A DNA stretch of 64,000 nucleotides from Piromyces finnis finn (GCA_002104945.1 MCFH01000037.1:1-64000); one strand, 5' to 3'; positions 26,401-52,317 are shown, counted from the stretch's first letter. A program made the numbers and translations. The notes: a model not told the origin generated them from the letters alone.

Positions 26401-28829
26401 TGGAGATTTCCCCAACTCATGGAATGAATCCAGTATTGTTTCTATTCCTAAGAAGGGAGATTTGACAGATTGTGATAACTATCGAGGTATATCACTTATC
26501 AATAATGGTATTAAGTTGATTTCCAAAATTGTCACCACTAGAATCTCAGAATATGGTTTAAAGAATAATTTCATTAGACCTGAACAATTTGGTTTTCGAA
26601 AAAAGGAAGAAAGTATTAGTCTTTTCATTTCAATCCAAGAAATATGCCGTAGACGTCAATTAGATAATAAAGAGACATATTTGGCCTTTTTAGATCTCAG
26701 GAAAGCATACGATTCAGTCCCAATCGGTAATATTCTCCATAAATTAGATTGTTTAGGAATCCGAGGTAAGAGTCTACAATTTATCAAAAATTTATATTTA
26801 ACATCTAAGGCTAATGTCAAATTAGATGGACAATTCTCGAAATCTTTTGATGTGAAGAAAGGAGTCCGTCAAGGTTGCCCTCTTTCTCCTATTCTCTTTA
26901 ATCTCTTTATTAATGATATATTTAGAGAGTGCGAAGATCTAGGAGTCAGTTTAGGTGACACTCGATGCTGTGGTGGACTTTTTGCAGATGATATAGTTAT
27001 TTGTGCTCCAACAAGAGGATGCTTAAAAAAGATGCTTAGAAGAGTTAATGAATGGGCATTGTATAATGAAATGGAATTTGGTATCCAGAAATGTTCAACG
27101 ATGGTGATTCGTCCTGAATCAATAGAAAATCAGAACAAGAGAGATCCAACATTTTACTTAGCAGGACAACCCATTCCAACTACTGATTGTTATACTTATC
27201 TTGGTGTTCCATTTGATAAGAATCTGTCCCTTAAACCAGTAATTAAAGCTCTTAATAACAAGGTTTTGAAAGGGCTTTTCTCAGTCAGTAAATTCTTAAG
27301 AAATCCTAATATTCCTATTCCTTTCAAAAAACTAGTACTTAACTCACAAGTGATTAGCAGAGTTTCATACTTTGCACCATTACTTGGATCCAACAAAGCT
27401 AGGTCTAGGATTGCTCAGAAGCATGTTAACAAAGGAATACGATGGGTTGCCGGAGTTCATAAAGCTGTATCGTTTATATCTTTATACTCTATTTCAAAAG
27501 ATTTGAATATTCCTCCATTGTCAGCCAAATGTGCGTTAGCTCAGGTTAGATGTTTTAACAAATGGAAAAACTCAAATTGTATTATCTCACACCTTGTCAA
27601 TTACATTCCTAAATTTAGAAAATACACGTGGTGCAAATCAAGTAGGACACTTGATAAAAAATTAAAGAAACATGGAGATGTTAAAGCAGTTAAAAATTTT
27701 TATTGGAAAGATCTCAAAGGGAATTCAATCAAAGCGCAATATTATGATGATAATAAATTTATTGAAACTAAAGATTTTATTAAATTATGTTATGAGTACC
27801 CAGAGTTTGCCTATGGCTTCTACTGGCTATTGAAAGCAAGAAGCGGATACAAGTTGGATACTAGAGTTGCCAAAGCTGCCAAATTTGTTGATCCAGTTTG
27901 TCCTAACTACTGTCCATGTTGCAAGTGTGGAGATCAAAGTATTAAACATTGGTTATTAGATTGTCCAACATTTAGAGATATCCGTATTAAACATTATGAT
28001 TCCATAGTCCAGCTATTAAATTTTTTCAGTCAACGTAATTCCAATAGTCCTATCAATAATAATGAAATTGATAATATCAGTAGAGATAGTAATAACATTA
28101 ATAGTAATAGTAACAATAGTAGTAATAACAATAGTAATAGTAACAATAGTAATAATAACAATAATAGAAATAATAATATTAGTAATGATAGCAATAGTGA
28201 AGATAATAATTCTAATTTAGATAGTAATTTAGTTAATGATAGTAATAGTTCTAATAATCCGGTGAATATTAATGTGTATGATTATTCTAGTGTGTGCAGT
28301 AAAATATTTAAATTCCTTCTTGGGGGAAGAAGTTTTAACAATATTAATTACAATTCAAGGGAATGGAAAGAACTTTGTAAGCGTCAGATTCAATCTGGTA
28401 CTAATGAAGGAGCACCATTCTTGACGGTAACAGCGGAACTTCTAACCAAAATCATGCCTTTTGCTATTGGCCAGCAATGGTCAATGTTCAAAAGGTTTGA
28501 AGCAACATCCAAGAGCGTCAATGCTGAAGAAACAGTAAGACAGGCCAGGAGGGCCAGCGCAACCAATGGAGATCATAATTTTGTTCCATGACAAAATTTT
28601 GATCTTTGGCTCGGTGTCCCATTGGAAATCAAATACAATTATTATACTTTAGTATGATAGTGGCTTTCTTACTTTAATTAAAATTACTAGAATACATTAT
28701 ACCCAATTTTTATTCATTTGTGTTTATTTAAACATATTTTTTTTTATTTTTATTTTTATTTTTTAATTTTTTATTACATGTATTATAATTTTAATTAAAT
28801 TAATAATAAAGGTTAATATATTTGATGCC

Positions 28830-28870
<41 letters not shown>
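23436..28870 (+). mobile_element. Non-LTR retrotransposon (LINE) copy B, directly abutting the poly(A) of copy A
   Basis: Starts GCTTGGTTAGTCTTTAAGGGAAAAT immediately after A37, has an intact ORF, and ends in A38 (28833-28870) followed by the TSD. Confidence 0.95.
24083..28591 (+). CDS. LINE APE-RT polyprotein (1502 aa)
   Basis: Same motifs as 18634-23160. Differs by scattered substitutions and small indels in the Gln- and Asn-rich tracts. Confidence 0.95.
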   Translation: MSVLYIKDKNYIRRGTRSYGIPLDDIRSFFIRGIRSWSVNMLWEKLEVILEDKFNSVISVKYFQTFNDHFFLVKVHGSSKDCIKILHMLKKKLSVTSISFSARSRRNHKYTFSTLKRKILVSNKHQHSIQQSFQQSVQQSHQQSDLQLDLQQDLQQVSHHENIPDLQQTQFQSQHSTINSNSSINSDNSSIVDSSSVSQPSSNSSTYSSDASSINNDDFNNNNNSNDSSSSNKPDNFSFCLSWNTNGWNHEKRDSISYFTAIFKPLFLCFQETGNGSGSNTDYPCRVTLRNYRHFFKKADESVPGMRGLYLGFHNSCQASLENFSGKYIISIYTFSLWNRFKCSIGNVYMPHSHHNIYVDHAKLEVRLWLQTHSSHPSILVGDFNMSKVKLSNWLSTNGLGDWEILPLRGSTISWTRGDQSSDIDHALINSKMKDLIHSGSFINNFYPVSDHKPLLINGKIIPMEDFSNDFNVPKKILKWNRLKCIEEKESILSHNKFQILSAKFNDPNVSTDELSKEVTSTAFSIADELSITSANNVIKSSFHISQQIFNLQKIKMKLYKRFKKERIYDIDEFIKRIKIYRKLIDYIHKRCNEFRKQEYLHWIKTGCEYMKSHNPKKAWKWIKKTAKIGKDSFFIAQPIKNKNGELVVATEEQLDVWHDHFENLASDPSGVSLDLEHWYEEPTNKRFSLPMLDEWDINQDISIDEVKSAILTTPNYKASGPDGIPIEFYKALVPSSNDSNKATDNNSSGNTTSDNDAHGLNFILKLFNRIWDGDFPNSWNESSIVSIPKKGDLTDCDNYRGISLINNGIKLISKIVTTRISEYGLKNNFIRPEQFGFRKKEESISLFISIQEICRRRQLDNKETYLAFLDLRKAYDSVPIGNILHKLDCLGIRGKSLQFIKNLYLTSKANVKLDGQFSKSFDVKKGVRQGCPLSPILFNLFINDIFRECEDLGVSLGDTRCCGGLFADDIVICAPTRGCLKKMLRRVNEWALYNEMEFGIQKCSTMVIRPESIENQNKRDPTFYLAGQPIPTTDCYTYLGVPFDKNLSLKPVIKALNNKVLKGLFSVSKFLRNPNIPIPFKKLVLNSQVISRVSYFAPLLGSNKARSRIAQKHVNKGIRWVAGVHKAVSFISLYSISKDLNIPPLSAKCALAQVRCFNKWKNSNCIISHLVNYIPKFRKYTWCKSSRTLDKKLKKHGDVKAVKNFYWKDLKGNSIKAQYYDDNKFIETKDFIKLCYEYPEFAYGFYWLLKARSGYKLDTRVAKAAKFVDPVCPNYCPCCKCGDQSIKHWLLDCPTFRDIRIKHYDSIVQLLNFFSQRNSNSPINNNEIDNISRDSNNINSNSNNSSNNNSNSNNSNNNNNRNNNISNDSNSEDNNSNLDSNLVNDSNSSNNPVNINVYDYSSVCSKIFKFLLGGRSFNNINYNSREWKELCKRQIQSGTNEGAPFLTVTAELLTKIMPFAIGQQWSMFKRFEATSKSVNAEETVRQARRASATNGDHNFVP

Positions 28871-28872
<2 letters not shown>

Positions 28873-28881
28873 TTTTGAACA
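28871..28881 (+). repeat. Right target-site duplication GATTTTGAACA
   Basis: Identical to 17521-17531. Confidence 0.85.
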
Positions 28882-29226
28882 AACAATTATAAATTACTCT
28901 TATATTTTAATCTATAAACAACAAACAAGTTTATATTGAATATCTATTTATTAAATATTTAAAAATAAAATGAAAAGTATCTATTTTTTAATGTAATAAT
29001 TAGAAATATTGAAAATAATATGAATCAACTATTTTTTAATGAATAATTTCATTTATTAAAAATATTAAAAAGTTTATTATTATTACATATATTTTATATA
29101 TTATTTTATTTTATTTTATTTTATTTTATTTTTTTTTTTTTAATTTTATTATTATTAATAATAATAATATTATTATTATTATTAATCTTTATTTTTTTTA
29201 TTTTTATTTTTTTTACCGGATTCAAT

Positions 29227-32200
29227 TTAATCTAATAAAGATGGTTGATTGTATTGTTGTGGTTTTAATGGCTTATATTGAGACAAAGAAGCTAATTGTT
29301 GATTTTGAATTGAATTAACTTGTGCAATATCTTGAGTTTGTTGTTGTTGTTGTTGTTGTTGTTGTTGATAATAATTAGTTTGTGGAGTAGTTGCTGTAGT
29401 GGTTTGTGAATAATAAGCTGGATTAGCTTGTTGTTGGTAATAAGGATTTTGGGCTTGGGTTGGTTGTTGTTGATAGGTGTATCCAGTTGTTGTATTTTGA
29501 GTGGTATAAAGTGGTTGTTGAGGTTGTTGTCCATAATAGGCTGGTTGGATGGGTGTTTGAGGTACAGCTCTTTGTTGTGGCTGTTGACCATATGGATTAA
29601 CATAAACGTTTGTTGTAGTTGCTGGTGCTGCAGCTTGATGTGATGTAGTTGTTGCTGCTTGAGCATAATAATTTACATAAGGTGCTTGTTGTTGAGGCTG
29701 TTGAGTTTGACCATAAAGTGATGTAGTTGAGCTTTGAGTGAAAGAAACAGAACCTGGTGGTGGTGGAAGTGGTGGTCGAACTGGTGAGGTAATAGAAGCA
29801 GAAATAGGATCTTGAGTAGTGGTTGGCTTTGGAGGAATAGCTGGAGCAGTAGTGTTGACTGATTGAGGTTGAGGTTTATACATATCATATGTATTTTGTT
29901 GGTAAATTGGATAGGTGGATGGTCTTCCAATAGTTTGAGCTTGTGGTTGGGTTTGTGTAGCATACATAGTTGGAACATAAGCTTGTGAATTAGAAGTTTG
30001 ATTAAAAGATGGTTGTTTTTGATATGGAGTTGCTGCTGGAGCAGTAGAAGTTGTTTGATAAGATGGATAAGTTACTGACTGAGGAGTTGTAACGGAAGGT
30101 AAAGAATATGATGATTGTTGTGTTGGGTAGAGAGGTTGTTGTTGTTGTTGTTGTTGTTGTTGCTGTTGTGATGAATATGTATTTTGTGTTGGAATAGAGG
30201 CTTGAACTTGTGGTTGTGGTTGTGTTTGTGGTGGTGGACTAATAAGTGCTTGTTGTAATTTAAGGGCAGTTTGATTTTGAAGATTTAATGTTTGTGGTTG
30301 TTGTGGTTGTTGTTGATAAGCAGAATATGCGGAAATAGGTTGAGTTTGAGTTACTGGTTGTTGATAATTGTATTGAGCTACTGGTGCTTGCTGTGTGATA
30401 GTTGAAGCTGGTTGTTGATATAATGGTATAGAAGGTTGTTGTTGTTGTTGTTGTTGTTGTTGTTGAGGAACGTACGCAGCTGATGCTTGAGTTGGAGAAG
30501 AAACCAATGATAAAGATGGAGCTTGAGCAGATTCATTTAAAACAAGTGAGTTTCTTTGTATATTAGTTGGTGATTGAATAGCAGCAACTGGGGCGGTGGC
30601 GGTATTAATATAAGAATAAGATTGTGGAGAAGTAACTGTTGGTGAAGCATAATAATTTGTTGTTGGACTTTGTAATTTATTTGAAGGAACACTTGGTGTG
30701 TATGGTGTTGCAGAAGATGGTACATTAGAATTACTTAAATTCAGACTATTTAATTTATCTAATAATATTTTCTGATCATCTGCAGCTTTTTCCTCTTTAA
30801 CCTTTTTTTCCAAATTATTTCTTTGGGTTAATCTTTGACTAACATAATTATTAGTGTCAATTTTTAAATTATCGATGGCATTGTTGAGATTAGTGTAACA
30901 CTGAATACCAGAATCAAGGTTTTTATAAATATCTTTCCATAATTCAAATGCATCTCTAAATTCTTTATTTTTTTGTTCTTTCTTGGCATTGAAAGTATCA
31001 ACAGATTTAAATATTTCAGATTCATTTTTTAATTTATTAAATCCTTCTGTAAGATCATTTAAAAATTTATTATTATCTTCAATATTCCTAGAAATATTGT
31101 CTCTAATGCCTTGGAATTTTGCTAATTCAGTTTGGAAGACTTGTTTTTCCTTATGTTTTTTTACTAAAAGAATACTATTAATGTCATCGTTTTGAATCTA
31201 TAATTTATTTAACGTGATTATGAAATTACATAAATATAAAAAAGAAAAGGTTTAATTTATTAGTAAATATTATAAATAGTAATATGCAATAAACGATAAT
31301 ATTATTATCGTTTAACAGAACATATATTATTCTTATGCTTAATTACTTTATATCTTAATTCTTCAATTAATTTCTTTCTTTCTCCTTGACAACCTTTAAG
31401 ATTCATAATTAAAGCTTCAATATTATTAATTTTTTCTAGTTCATTTTTTTTCTTATCTAAAACATCATCCATATTAACATCAATTAAGTTAACAGTTTGT
31501 TCTTCTTTAGAATCACTTTCTATTATACTCTTAATATAATCTGCTTTAACTTTCTCAACTGGTTGTTCTAATGCATCAATATATTTTTTATTTGCATTGT
31601 ATTTTGTGATGATTGCATTATCAGCAGTAATAGCTTCTTCAAGGGAGGCTCTATATTTTTTTAAATTTTGACGGATATTTGAAGATGATGTTATCGATGA
31701 TTCTTGAGTCCATTTTGTATTATATATTTGTAATTTAATATCGTATTCTCTTTGTTCTTTATCTAATTCTAATCCTATATTATTTAAATTTTCATGTGCT
31801 TTCATTTGAAGAGTATTAAGTGAAGCAATAGTTGAAGTAATTGTTTTGCCGATTTTAACTTCTTGTTGAACCAAATTACAAAATGTAGCAATTTCTTCTG
31901 GGAAACTAACCATATTTTCATTAATGCCTTCATTCTTTAAAGCATCTTTGGCTTTATTAATTGTATTAACAATATCTTGAGATTGCATTAGTGATTGGAA
32001 ATTACTATCTTCAATGTCACAACGATCTACTTCTTCTCTAAGAATTTTGGCTTTTTCTTCTGAATATAATGAAGAAGCTTCGTGAACTTGAATTGGAATC
32101 AAACGATGAAAAACATCTTGACCAATAATACCTTGTGCTTCTTTTTTACCATTTGGGCAAATATCAACAAAATTCAAATTTTTAACAACACATAATTTTT

Positions 32201-32612
32201 CTGGGGCTTCTAATGTATCAGCATTTGGTACAATTTCTTGATAAACAATATCATTATCTTTTATGGCTTGCTTTTTCTTATCAGTAACTAGGGCTAAGTA
32301 AGCTTTTGTAGCTTCAAATAAAGATTGAGAAGCAGATGTTGAATTTCCAGTAGATGCTGATTGTGAATCACTTGATGATACACTAAATGATGGATAATTA
32401 CTAGCAAATGACTTTGCAAGCTTATTAGCATCCTTAGCATAATTTTCTGCTAAGGTTAAATAAGAGATAATATGTCCGTATTTACCTTCATCTGCACAGG
32501 CTAATGCTTTATAATAATTTGAAATAGTAGCATAATATTTACTTTTAACCTTTATATTTTTATTAATTTAGAATTAATTGAAATATTTAAAATTAATATA
32601 ATATATAACAAT

Positions 32613-32644
<32 letters not shown>

Positions 32645-33593
32645 AAAAAAAAAAAAAAAAAAAAAAAGATAAATATGACTACCTTAACTAAAGAAATCCA
32701 TGAGTCATCAAATTGATCTCTGAGTTCCATAACATTCATATCATCCGAGATTTCAGAATAAATAAATGTAAGATATGAAGCAATTTTACTTAAAAGGTTT
32801 GGCTTTTTTTTTTCAAAAATAGTTTTTTCCAAAAAACATTCTTGAGCAGATGCTAACATTAATTTATTTAAGCATTTAACTGATTCTCTTTGTATATCAA
32901 CAGATGGTGCATGAAGGAAATTATCATTAATAAATTGAAACAATCCAGCTGAAGCTTGGAAGTAATTGTATGCAATTTTTTTACCTTCTTCTTCAAATCT
33001 ATTTTGAGTAGCAGCAATAGCTGAGAGAATAGCAGCAATGTTAAATATAACACATGCTTTTTCATATGCACCTGAGTATTGCCTAACACCCTCTCCAGTG
33101 AAGGCGTCATACCTTTAATTTTTTTATAAAAATATTAATATATTATAGTGTTAAGTGTGAATTTTTATTATATTTACATTATATACAATTATTATCATTA
33201 TATAAAACAATATTTAAATTTTATTATGTATAATAAAATGAAATCTATAATTATAATAATAAAAAATTGTTTATTTATTATAGAATAATTTAAATATAAT
33301 AATTACCATGTAAAAGGAACTTTAACATGTTTTTCGTCCAAAGGAAAACGAAGATCTAATAATTCCAATTGCCCATAATATCTATATAAAATATCTCTTC
33401 CTGTCATATCCTTTCCTACACCTGTAATATCTTGTCTTAACCTATTAAGAATTGAAATTTCATTTAAATAATTTTCGGGGTCTTCTTGATAGTGTTCCAT
33501 AATATAGCTTTTAAAAGCTGAAGTGAAGTCAGTTTCCTCTGTAACCTTAAGGGGAATAGATAACATAGGTATTTGCTGATTAAATGCTTCCAT
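29227..33593 (-). CDS. BRO1: BRO1/ALIX-family ESCRT accessory protein (Bro1 domain, V domain, Pro/Gln-rich tail), ~4 exons
   Basis: Spliced exons (33593-33307, ~33112-32683, ~32550-31340, ~31197-29227) give RYYGQLELLDLRFP..FTW|YDAF..YEKACVIFNIAA..QECF, a helical V-like region and a low-complexity PQ tail. BRO1 versus PalA/Rim20 subfamily is not resolved. Confidence 0.85.
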
Positions 33594-34651
33594 TTTTTTC
33601 TTTCTTTTTTTTTATTTTATTATTATTATTATTATTTATTCTTAATGAAATAGGATTTAATTATAAAAATTAAAATTTACTTTTTATGTATAAAAATATT
33701 CGAATTTATAAAAATAATTATATTTAAATTGATATATATTTATATAGAATTTTATAAAAATTTAATGAATATATTAAGTAAATAGCTTAATATTTTATAT
33801 TAATTATAATAAAGGAATATGGATGATAAATTTTTTATAATTAAATTTCAAATTAATAATTTATTGAATTTTATTAACTTCAAATATATATTAACTCTTT
33901 TATTTTAACTATTTAAAAGACTAAATATTTAAATATTTATTTACTATGGTTATTTAGTTATTATTCATTCAATAATAGTAAAAATAAGAAAAAAAAGGAA
34001 AAATAATACGCCTTTACTTTGTTCTATAATTATTTGTTAAAGTCTTAATATATGTTATATAATAATTATATATACATATAATACATATATTTAATTATGG
34101 TATTACTTTCTTTCTTACCTTTAATGTAATTATTTCTTATAATTTGGAAATTTTTACTATTAAGTTTTTATTATTATTTATTTGTAGTATATAATGTATA
34201 TTACTTTCAATATTATATTTGAATGTTTAATTAACAAAACAATTTATATGGTTTTTTTTAATGTGTTAAATTAATTACTTCATTTAAAAACCTTGAATAA
34301 CAACAATTAATATTAAATATTATTATTATTATTATTATTATTTATTTATTTTTTTTTTACTACTTTTTCTTTTTTAAAATTTTAAAAAAAAAAACAAATT
34401 TTAAAATTTAAAATTAATTTATGTAAATAATAGAAATTTAAATAGAATTAATTTATTTAATATATAAATTTTAATATTTAATATTTAATATAGTCTTTAA
34501 ATGAAAATAAAACAATTTCAAATTGGATAATTTCAATATTTATAAATTATTTTTATTTTTTATTCATTTTTAGCTTTTTTTTTTTTTTTTTTTTCTAGTA
34601 TTGCTTTTAGTATATATTTATTCTATATTCTATATTTTTTATTAAAAATTA

Positions 34652-36066
34652 TTATAGCTCATAATTATAAAACATTATATTATCACAAATAGGTTGGTCA
34701 TTTATAATCTTATCTTTTGATGGAATAATATTTAATACTTGAGACCAAAGGTTAATAGCCTTTTCTTCATATTTTTTCATGTATTCTATTTCCTTTCTCT
34801 TATAATAAGCAAAGTCTGTTTTTTCAATAATTCCAGGTAATTCTTCCCAACTATCAAAATAGACAAATAAATTCGTAAATTCTTTATTATACCATTCCAT
34901 GTAATTAACTAATCCATTAGGAATATCTTTTAAGTCCTTTTCCGGAAATTCATAATAAAAGCCATTACTTAATTCTCTAAAAAGTCTTTCCGTTGGTATA
35001 AGCATTACAACACCATATCTAAAATTCTCCATCATTTTCATAATTGATACTTGATATGGTAATATCAAGAGAGCTTTGTAATTAGCAAGAACTAAAGGTC
35101 CTCCATAATCCTTATTCAATAATCTATGTTTTATTTTTAATTTTTTTAATTCACGAACAGACACTCCGGAATCTTGGTCAGTTCGGTCAATTATAGCTAT
35201 TTCTTCATGTGTAACTTTATAGGTTTTTTGTAAGACTTCATCTGGTGCAAAGCCAACAGGCCGAATTAAATAATAATTTGGTATAAATATTCCATTTGTA
35301 CAAGCATAAAAAACCTCATAAGGATTATTTTCTACTATAGTTATATTTTTATTTTCGATTATAGCTTTTCCAAACTTTTCATAATAATCAATTTTATTTG
35401 TTTTAGCAACCATTAAATCAAATCTTTTCAATATAAGAAATATATAATAAAAATTAATAAAAAGATGTTATTTAAACTTTGGCTTTAATTTAATTATTTT
35501 AATTTACCTATTAGTAATTTCTAAAATAATTTTAGTGTGACATTCGTTTATTAAGAATATATAAGAATCGGGTATAATATCACTTATGATAACATAATCA
35601 TATGAAGAGCATATATCTCTTACAAACTTTTTGCATTTATCTTTTATAAAGCATTTTGGTCTTTCTTCAAATTTGTACTACATTATAAATAATATTATTT
35701 TAATATTTAAAATAATCACATACATATTCTTATTAGAATTATACTTTGCATTTCTTTAAGATAGAAAAAAAAAAAACCTAGATGATTATATTTATACTAA
35801 CCGAAGGTGACAATGAAGTTACATTATAGTTTAATAATTCTCCAATGGTTTTAAAATTTGCTATAGTTCCATCATGTCTTGAAATATAAATTATAGACTT
35901 ATTAAAAGAATTATCATTATTTAAACTTTTATTTATGTTTATTTCATTTAAAAATTTTTCTTTATTAATTTTTGCATAACTTGAATTAGTTTTTATTATT
36001 AAGATTAAAATTAATATTGTAGTTCCTAATAATAAAGTTTTACATATTATTTTTTTATTAAAAAAC

Positions 36067-36068
<2 letters not shown>
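34652..36068 (-). CDS. Hypothetical type II membrane protein, possibly glycosyltransferase-like; paralogue A (3 exons: 36068-35802, 35677-~35508, 35423-34652)
   Basis: GT-AG joins keep the frame. N-terminal hydrophobic anchor. Shares motifs with the next gene (YISR, IILExxNR, ENFRYGxVMxIP). Confidence 0.7.
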
Positions 36069-36102
<34 letters not shown>

Positions 36103-36318
36103 GAATTTATTTTAAGTAGTATAATCAGAAATTAATTTAATTTAGCGTTTTCGAAATTTTATTTTATTTTTATTTTGAGTATTTAATAATCTTTATTTCA
36201 TTTCTTTTTCTTTTTAATATAATATTTAATATTTATTGCTTATGTTTAAATTTCATTATTTATTAACTCATTTCTATAAGAAAAGAAAAAGAAAAAGAAT
36301 TTAAATTATTTAATAAAA

Positions 36319-36510
<192 letters not shown>

Positions 36511-36952
36511 CGTTATTAACAGTTCAAAAAATGATAAATGATGCCGATTTGTTTTATTTGTTTATTTTTATTATTTTATTAATTTTACTTACTTTTTTTT
36601 TCATTAAATATTTATTTTTTTATTTTTTCTTTTTATTATTTTCTTTTTTTTCTTTTTCTTTTACTTTAAATATATAATAAATAAAAAATAGTAATTTGTT
36701 ATTTTTTTTCTATTTTTGAAAATTTGTATATAAAGATATAGGTATAATAATCATTTTCTGATTAAAGGTTAGAAATTATTAAATTATAAATCCATTATAA
36801 CCTTTTTTTTTTTTTTAAAAAAAAAAAAGACAAATGATAATAAATCGATGAGTTTAATTAATATATACAAATAAAAATTTAGTATTAGTAAAACGATACT
36901 TTTTGTTAATAATTTAAACAATTTAAATATTTTAAAATATTTCGTAAGATAG

Positions 36953-38406
36953 TTAATCACTATAATTAAAGAAAAATCCCATATCATTTTTACATATTGG
37001 CTTTTTATGTTTAATTAAAAATTTATCATTAGTAGTTTTACCAACAATCTCACTCCATTGATCAACAACTTTTAATTCTTGCTTTTCAGCAAATTCTTTA
37101 GCTTTAATTCTTATTTTTTCAAAATTAACACTATGTAATAAACCCCTAACATCATCCCATGAATTGAAGAAGACAAATAAATCTTTTAATTTGTCATTGT
37201 ACCATGTAGTATAATTTTCTAAACCTTCATCCATATAAATAATATCTGGTGCATCAAATGAATATTGATCTGATTCCGTAATCATTTCTCTTAAGAAAGC
37301 TTCGGAAGGAATCATCATTACTATACCGTATCTAAAGTTTTCTATAATTTTTGATGAAGTAATTTGACTTGGAAGAATAAGTTGTACTTTATATTTAGCA
37401 AGAGTTTTTGGATTACAGTTTTTCCAGGCAACCATTTCAAAAGGAATATCTCTTTTCTTTAATTCCATTTTAGCAATCAATGAATCTTGATTTGTTTTTT
37501 CGACAATGGCTATAAGTTCTTCTTTTTCAACACTTTCAATTTCTTCGTAAGTTATTCCATTGACATAACCTGTTGAACTAATAATATGATATGATGGAAT
37601 GTGGACACCATTCATGCAAGCATAATAATTTTCATATGAATTTTGTATAATAACCGATATTTCTTTATTTTTATTCATAAGAGAAGTACTAAATTTAATA
37701 CTAAATTCTCTAGTTTCTTCTTTTGGAATATTAACATCATATCTATATATTATACAAAATTTAAATAAAATAAATGAAGTTATTATTACTATTATTATTA
37801 TTATTATTATTATTTTAAAATAAATAGACATTTAATATATATTTCTTTAGCAATTTAAGGAATTCCAAATTACTAATGCAAATGTAAATTGTTTTTATAT
37901 AATAGGTTATAATTTTTGATAATTTTTATCATGGTATTAATTTAAATAATATTTTGGAAATTAAGAACTCACCTATTATTAAGTTCAAATATTATTTTTG
38001 AAGAACAACCACTATTAAGATATCCATAACCATCACTCGCAATTTCGTTAATTATAATATATTCATATTTTCTGCAAAGAGCAGTAAAAATAGTACTACA
38101 TTCTCCATTATTAAAACATTGAGGTCTTTTTTTTGGGGAATACCATGGAATTAAATTATATACCTCATATCCAAGTTTTCCCATAATATATTTCATATTA
38201 TCAACAGCATTTTGATTTCTTGAAATATATAAAATTTCCTTTGAAGTTTCATTTTTTATAAATGCATTTTTTAAATGTGTTTGAATAACTGCGTTGTATT
38301 CATTTTCTGATTTTGGTAATTCTATTGTTAATATGAAAGTAAATAAAATTAATATTAAGATTAATAAACATTTTACTAAAGTTTTTTTTCGTGAAATAAA
38401 AGACAT
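36953..38406 (-). CDS. Hypothetical type II membrane protein, paralogue B (2 exons: 38406-37973, 37742-36953)
   Basis: Colinear similarity to 34652-36068 and the same phase-2 intron at NR|xD. Confidence 0.7.
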
Positions 38407-39969
38407 TTCTTGGATATATTTTTATTTTAAACTTAAATTAGTTACTATTTATTTTAGTTTTTTTCTTTTCTTTTCTTTTTTTTTTTTATAAACCAGTAAT
38501 GCTGTTATTTGAAATAACTTTATTACTATTTTTTATATTATATATATTAAATTTTTTATTGTAAATTTTAAGTTTAAAAAACTTTTTTTTTTTACTAATG
38601 AAAATATTATTTATACTTTTTCTTTAATTTATTAAATGTAAAAATTAATTTAAGAACAGAATATTATATATATATTAAAAAATTAATACATAATAATAAT
38701 TTTCTAACATAAATTATAAATGATATAAATGAAAGTTAATAATAAAAGTACAAGAATAGAACTGTTGATAAAAATATTTAAAACTATAATATTAATAATA
38801 CTTTTTATATCACACTAATCAATCAATAATAAAAATACACTACGGTGTTGTATATTTTATGTATGAATTATATAAAATATTTTTTAATTTTTCAAGATTT
38901 ATATATAATGAATAATAATGATGTTTATGTTATTAATATATTATATAAAAATAATTTGAAATTAAAATTAGAATCTACTTTTTTTTAAATACTAGGTGAA
39001 GGTGATACTTTTATTTATTTTTTTTTTTTTGAAATAAGATATTAAATATTACAAATGAACTTGTTACTCTTGGAACATAAACTTTTTTTTTTATTATTAA
39101 TCATAATATTAAGATTCAAAGTATTATATTAAAAGAATAAAAGAAAATTTTGTGTAACAACCAATAAATTAAGGAATTAAAAAAAAGAATATTAAATATA
39201 AATTAAAATTTCTTTAAAAAAACATTAGTTAATAAGATTTAAAGATGATTAAATTTATTTTCATTTTTTAAAAAACATGAAAAATTAAAAATAATAATAT
39301 ATTATTTTTATGTTACATGCTTATATTAATATGCTTAATATCTTCAAATTTAGTTATATTATCAATAAATACTTAAAAAAAAATTTACATCAACTTCTTT
39401 ATTAAACATTAAAACAAACTATTCAAAAAAATTTCTATATCTATATACAAATATTTATTTTTTTCCTTTTTTTTTTTTTTTATAATTTCGATAATAATTT
39501 TATTTTTTAATATTTTTGTTTGGTTTATTTTTTTATACTAATTATAAAATTTTAATTATTGTTATTATTATTATTATTATGCATTATGTACTATGTATTA
39601 TGATATTTGTTTTATTTTAAAAGGGATTTTAAATTATAAACTATATTAATTTAAATTTTAATTATTAATAATATAAAAGTTATATATTATACATATATAT
39701 ATTTCTAAATGATTATAATATAAATATGAAAAATATAAAAAAAATGGAAATAAAAATCAAGATATATAACAAATATATATTTAATATATATAAAAAAGAA
39801 AAAACCATAAATGTAATCGTTTGAAATTCCTCGTTTAATAATACCCTTATATACTAAATAAATTTAAAAAAAATAAAAAATATTTTTGATATTAAATTAT
39901 AATTAATATTTTTTTTCTTTTCTTGTAATTGTGTGCTTTTTCCATTTTATATATATATATATAATTTTT

Positions 39970-51798
<11,829 letters not shown>

Positions 51799-52317
51799 TT
51801 TTATTAATTTTTAATTAATGATATTCCAGTTTTTTCATTAAAATGCTTATTTTTTAAAATATTCTTAATTTTTATTTTTATTAATTGATAATTCTTATAT
51901 ATTTATTGTATTATTAACTTTTCATCTTTTTTTAACTGTACATATAAATATATTTTTTTTAATTATTTTAGTTTTCTTTTAATATGTATTTAATTTTATT
52001 AAAAGGCAATAAAATTTACTGACAATAATATTAACATAAAACAAAATATTAAATATTAAGGGAAAAAGTATATTCTGTGAAAATAAAATAATATAAATGA
52101 ATAATTAATAACTTTATTTTCCCTTTGATTATTATTTCTTTTTCTTTTTCAAATTTCTCTAATTATTATTTATTTTTCTATTTTTTTTCTATATTTTTTA
52201 ATTATTTTTTTTTTCAGTTCCTTTTCTATATTAATTTATTTTATATTTTAATTTATTTTTTTTTTTAAATTTAGAAAACTTGTTTTAATAATTATGGGAA
52301 AAAAAAAAAAGGAACAT

